Shown here: piece after piece, positions 48,936 through 51,730 of the stretch
Numbering within the stretch: the stretch's first letter is position 1
How the letters are laid out: every line of letters begins with the position of its first letter
Translations under genes and position numbers: made by a program
From: Alphaproteobacteria bacterium
GTDB taxonomy: Bacteria > Pseudomonadota > Alphaproteobacteria > CAAHEQ01 > UBA3637
Assembly: GCA_045536135.1 (NCBI GenBank)
Contig: JAZSNA010000008.1
Location: 1-51,730, forward strand
Reading direction: 5' to 3'
Length of the DNA: 51,730 nt
Notes under the pieces: model-generated
Seen by the model: the letters and a program-made list of their open reading frames with translations, nothing else
Told to the model about the DNA's origin: nothing
The model's database searches: none

Positions 48936-49494
48936 CTGCTTCTCGTAAATAAAATGGATGCGGTTCGTTAATTGTATCAATTTTACTTGCAATTAAACCA
49001 ATAGACACAGCCCGATTATGTTCATCCAATATTGTGTTTTCAATCAAAATATCACTCACCTTTTTGAATGGTATCTTTAAGACATCATTCAATGTCATCA
49101 CGGTTGCTTCTTCATCTGTTTCATCAAAAATTTTGACATAAAAATCATCTCGGCGGGTATCCAATAACACACAAACCGGAGATGAGTAATAATATGAAAT
49201 GGCATCAAAAGAATTAACCCCGACAACCGGAATATTTAAAGCGAGTCCAATTCCTTTGGCACATGCAATCGCGACACGAACTCCTGTAAATGACCCCGGA
49301 CCGATTCCAACAGCGACACGATCCAATTCACCGGCCCTCCATTGATTTTTCTTTAATAATTCATCTATTTGGGGAATTAAATTTTCAGCTTGTCCACGAT
49401 CCATTTTTTCTTGAAATTCATCAATGATTTGATTCCCGTCAATCAATGCTAAATAAACAAAAGCCGTACTTGTATCTATTGATAATATTTTCAT
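48925..49494 (-). CDS. tsaB: tRNA threonylcarbamoyladenosine biosynthesis protein TsaB
   Basis: MKILSIDTS, GQAENLIP.I, GIGPGSFTGVRVAI, LLDTRR, P.YLR. Confidence 0.95.
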   Translation of the reverse strand: MKILSIDTSTAFVYLALIDGNQIIDEFQEKMDRGQAENLIPQIDELLKKNQWRAGELDRVAVGIGPGSFTGVRVAIACAKGIGLALNIPVVGVNSFDAISYYYSSPVCVLLDTRRDDFYVKIFDETDEEATVMTLNDVLKIPFKKVSDILIENTILDEHNRAVSIGLIASKIDTINEPHPFYLREADVG

Positions 49495-49498
49495 TTTT

Positions 49499-51571
49499 CT
49501 ATCCTTTTTTTAAAGGCGGAGCCGGTGGAATTGATGATAATTTTTTTAATTCGGTATCTTTAAAGAAAAGAGGCGAAGAACAATTAATCGGCCGATGAAC
49601 CCATCCGTTCAAATTAATAATTTGTTTGTTCGCATCCAACTTTAAAACACCCGTACCACCGACAAGACCGTCTGATGCCCATTTATATCCGCCACCGTGT
49701 TCAAAAAGTTTAACCTTTGCCCGATAACCGTATTCATATTTTTTACCACCTTCTACCCGTTTTGTTCGTTTCCCGAACATCGAAATCAATCGATTAGTTG
49801 TATTCGGATTATTTTGACGTTTAATAATCGTTGCGGCACATGAACTCATGATAATATTCGTTGTATTTGCTCCATAAACGGAATTTAATTGATGCCAATC
49901 TTGGACACCTAAAAGAAACATTGTTTTTTTGGACCGGCCGAAACAAATACCATCCGCAATACTTTGTAATTTAGGCATTGACGGGAAATCATCTAAAATA
50001 AATCCCATTGGGAATGGTCCAGTTCCGCCTTCATAGGGTCCATTTTCCATTAAATAGCCTGTCATCATATTAATAAACAAGCTACACACCGTTTTGGCCG
50101 AAGAACCGGTAAAATAAAAAGTGACCGGATGATAGCTTCCATCTTGACCTTTTATTCCCCGATAATCCTTATACGAAAAACTGTTAGAACTGGTTCGATC
50201 CCGTACAGCTTGGTTTTTAAATATTTCCAATCCGGTTTGAGCCATTGATAAAACAGAGGCTCTTTGTTTATCCGGTAATGATAGAGTTTGATTTAACTCC
50301 AATAACGCTCGCCGACCATAGCCATAATTAAAAACCTCCATAACCATTAAATCCAAAACCGTTTTCCAAACATCATCATCTGATGCAAATGATGGGTTTT
50401 CCATTTGTTTTTTACGCAAAGCAACCGTCGTATTAAATACAAACTCATTTAATAAATCCAAAAGCATACCATAGGAAGCCTCTTTACCGATATAACTTTT
50501 GGGAACTAAATGCCATGTTCCGATGTGAATATAATTTTCTTCATTTATTTTGAGTTCTTCACACTGTGCAATCGCTTGTTGTATTTCCTTGGTTTGTTGC
50601 ATTCCCTTATAATAGCTTTTTAAAATTTCGTAATCCGAAGCTTCCATCGAACGGGATTTTATTTTTTTCAAAAAATAATCATTTGCCTTAGCTTGTTCAA
50701 CCTTATGAACCAAGTAAAGTGTCAAGCCCGTTAAAGTCGCCCGACCCGATATAACCCAATACGGATCAGTTCCTTCTGGACCGTCTGGCAATAAATAGCC
50801 GGACAATGTATCAATATATCCGTCAATCCCCGACGGAGAAGACGGTAAATTATCTTCAGATAACGGATTCCATGACGGATAAAATATCCCTTTTTCCGGT
50901 TCGTCCGTTTTGGCAAAATCAATATTAAAAACCGGTCCCAATGTCGATCGATAACCACTGGTGGCTTTAAATATATCGCCCTTAATATCATAAATAAACA
51001 GAGCCGAATTATTCAGCATTAAAACATTCGGAATAATAACCGAAGCTGTCTTACCCGATCCCGGACAACCGATACATAAAACAGATCGGGTATCCGGTAA
51101 ATTCATATTTTTTTTCTTTTTACCAATCTGTCCCAAAAAGAAATATCCGCCATTCAAAAGGCCCATTTTTTTAACATCTTCCATAATTGCTGAACGAGCA
51201 GATCCTTGGGTTTGAAGGTAGTATTCGTTAGGATTATCCGCAATAATCCACCACATTTTAACACAATAAATTAAAAACGGAATAAATAAAATTTTCCACA
51301 TAAAAAATGATGCCCATGTTATATGTTGCGGTTCATAAAACAAATAACGATAAAACCATTTTTTATAAGTCAGGTAAAATACTGAAAACGGATTATACCA
51401 ATTATGGGAAATAAAGTCCTTAACTTCCCACCAATTCATCCCCTTATCCCATAATAAAAACAGCGGAGTTAAAATCAACAAAGACAAATACAATGGGATA
51501 CCCCAAAGCAAGGCTCTTTTCAGAACATACATATAGGCTTTAATTTGTTTTTTTCGGACATCAGAAAACAT
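49499..51571 (-). CDS. virD4: Type IV secretion coupling protein, VirD4/TraG family
   Basis: Two N-terminal TMs, QGSARSA, Walker A GCPGSGKTASVIIPNVL, YDIKGD, WNPL, DPYW..GR, Walker B-like FILDDF, GRS..FLLGVQDWHQL..VYG; ATG 51571 preferred over TTG 51577. Confidence 0.9.
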   Translation of the reverse strand: MFSDVRKKQIKAYMYVLKRALLWGIPLYLSLLILTPLFLLWDKGMNWWEVKDFISHNWYNPFSVFYLTYKKWFYRYLFYEPQHITWASFFMWKILFIPFLIYCVKMWWIIADNPNEYYLQTQGSARSAIMEDVKKMGLLNGGYFFLGQIGKKKKNMNLPDTRSVLCIGCPGSGKTASVIIPNVLMLNNSALFIYDIKGDIFKATSGYRSTLGPVFNIDFAKTDEPEKGIFYPSWNPLSEDNLPSSPSGIDGYIDTLSGYLLPDGPEGTDPYWVISGRATLTGLTLYLVHKVEQAKANDYFLKKIKSRSMEASDYEILKSYYKGMQQTKEIQQAIAQCEELKINEENYIHIGTWHLVPKSYIGKEASYGMLLDLLNEFVFNTTVALRKKQMENPSFASDDDVWKTVLDLMVMEVFNYGYGRRALLELNQTLSLPDKQRASVLSMAQTGLEIFKNQAVRDRTSSNSFSYKDYRGIKGQDGSYHPVTFYFTGSSAKTVCSLFINMMTGYLMENGPYEGGTGPFPMGFILDDFPSMPKLQSIADGICFGRSKKTMFLLGVQDWHQLNSVYGANTTNIIMSSCAATIIKRQNNPNTTNRLISMFGKRTKRVEGGKKYEYGYRAKVKLFEHGGGYKWASDGLVGGTGVLKLDANKQIINLNGWVHRPINCSSPLFFKDTELKKLSSIPPAPPLKKG

Positions 51572-51573
51572 TT

Positions 51574-51729
51574 TCAAGCTCTCTTATTTAAATGTATCGG
51601 AGGCAAATTAAATTCATCATTTGTTCCAACAACGGTTGTTGTTTTTTTCTCTTGATATTCTTTTTCTTCTTTTTGACGTTGTTTTTCAGCTAATTTTTGT
51701 TTTAATTTCCACTCCATCAATTCTAATTC
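51574..51729 (-). CDS. C-terminal end of an upstream gene (partial, runs off the right edge)
   Basis: Open frame ..ELELMEWKLKQKLAEKQRQKEEKEYQEKK..PIHLNKRA* stopping 2 nt before the virD4 ATG. Confidence 0.65.
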   Translation of the reverse strand, partial: ELELMEWKLKQKLAEKQRQKEEKEYQEKKTTTVVGTNDEFNLPPIHLNKRA

Positions 51730-51730
51730 T

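Overview
AT-rich (roughly one-third G+C by eye, not computed) bacterial chromosome segment in standard code 11. Gene content (DivL-like PAS protein, DUF4167, RHH_4, FliM-like/DUF6468-like pair, PPDK, Com1-like DsbA, YifB/ComM) points to an alphaproteobacterium; a reduced, host-associated uncultured lineage is my inference. Housekeeping genes: ppa, RND pump, rnr, ppiD-like, ettA, dut, lysS, mnmA, yrbG, aspS, ppdK, rimI, tsaB and three tRNAs (Leu-TAA, Ser-CGA, Pro-CGG). The main signal is an apparently domesticated, scattered type IV secretion system. It consists of (i) five tandem, tightly coupled VirB6/TrbL-like paralogs at 1668-8959, each with an N-terminal periplasmic C[WF]xC motif; (ii) a co-oriented downstream cluster with a twin-HTH regulator, an acidic scaffold-like protein, a divergent secretin-like lipoprotein and a Pro-rich bitopic protein; (iii) a stand-alone VirD4 coupling ATPase in an operon with tsaB-rimI; and (iv) candidate substrates: an ankyrin protein next to tRNA-Pro and two duplicated coiled-coil/LRR-like proteins. 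The left edge holds a frameshifted tyrosine-integrase remnant with arm-like direct repeats at the 3' end of tRNA-Leu. All family assignments are from motif recognition by eye; no database searches were run.
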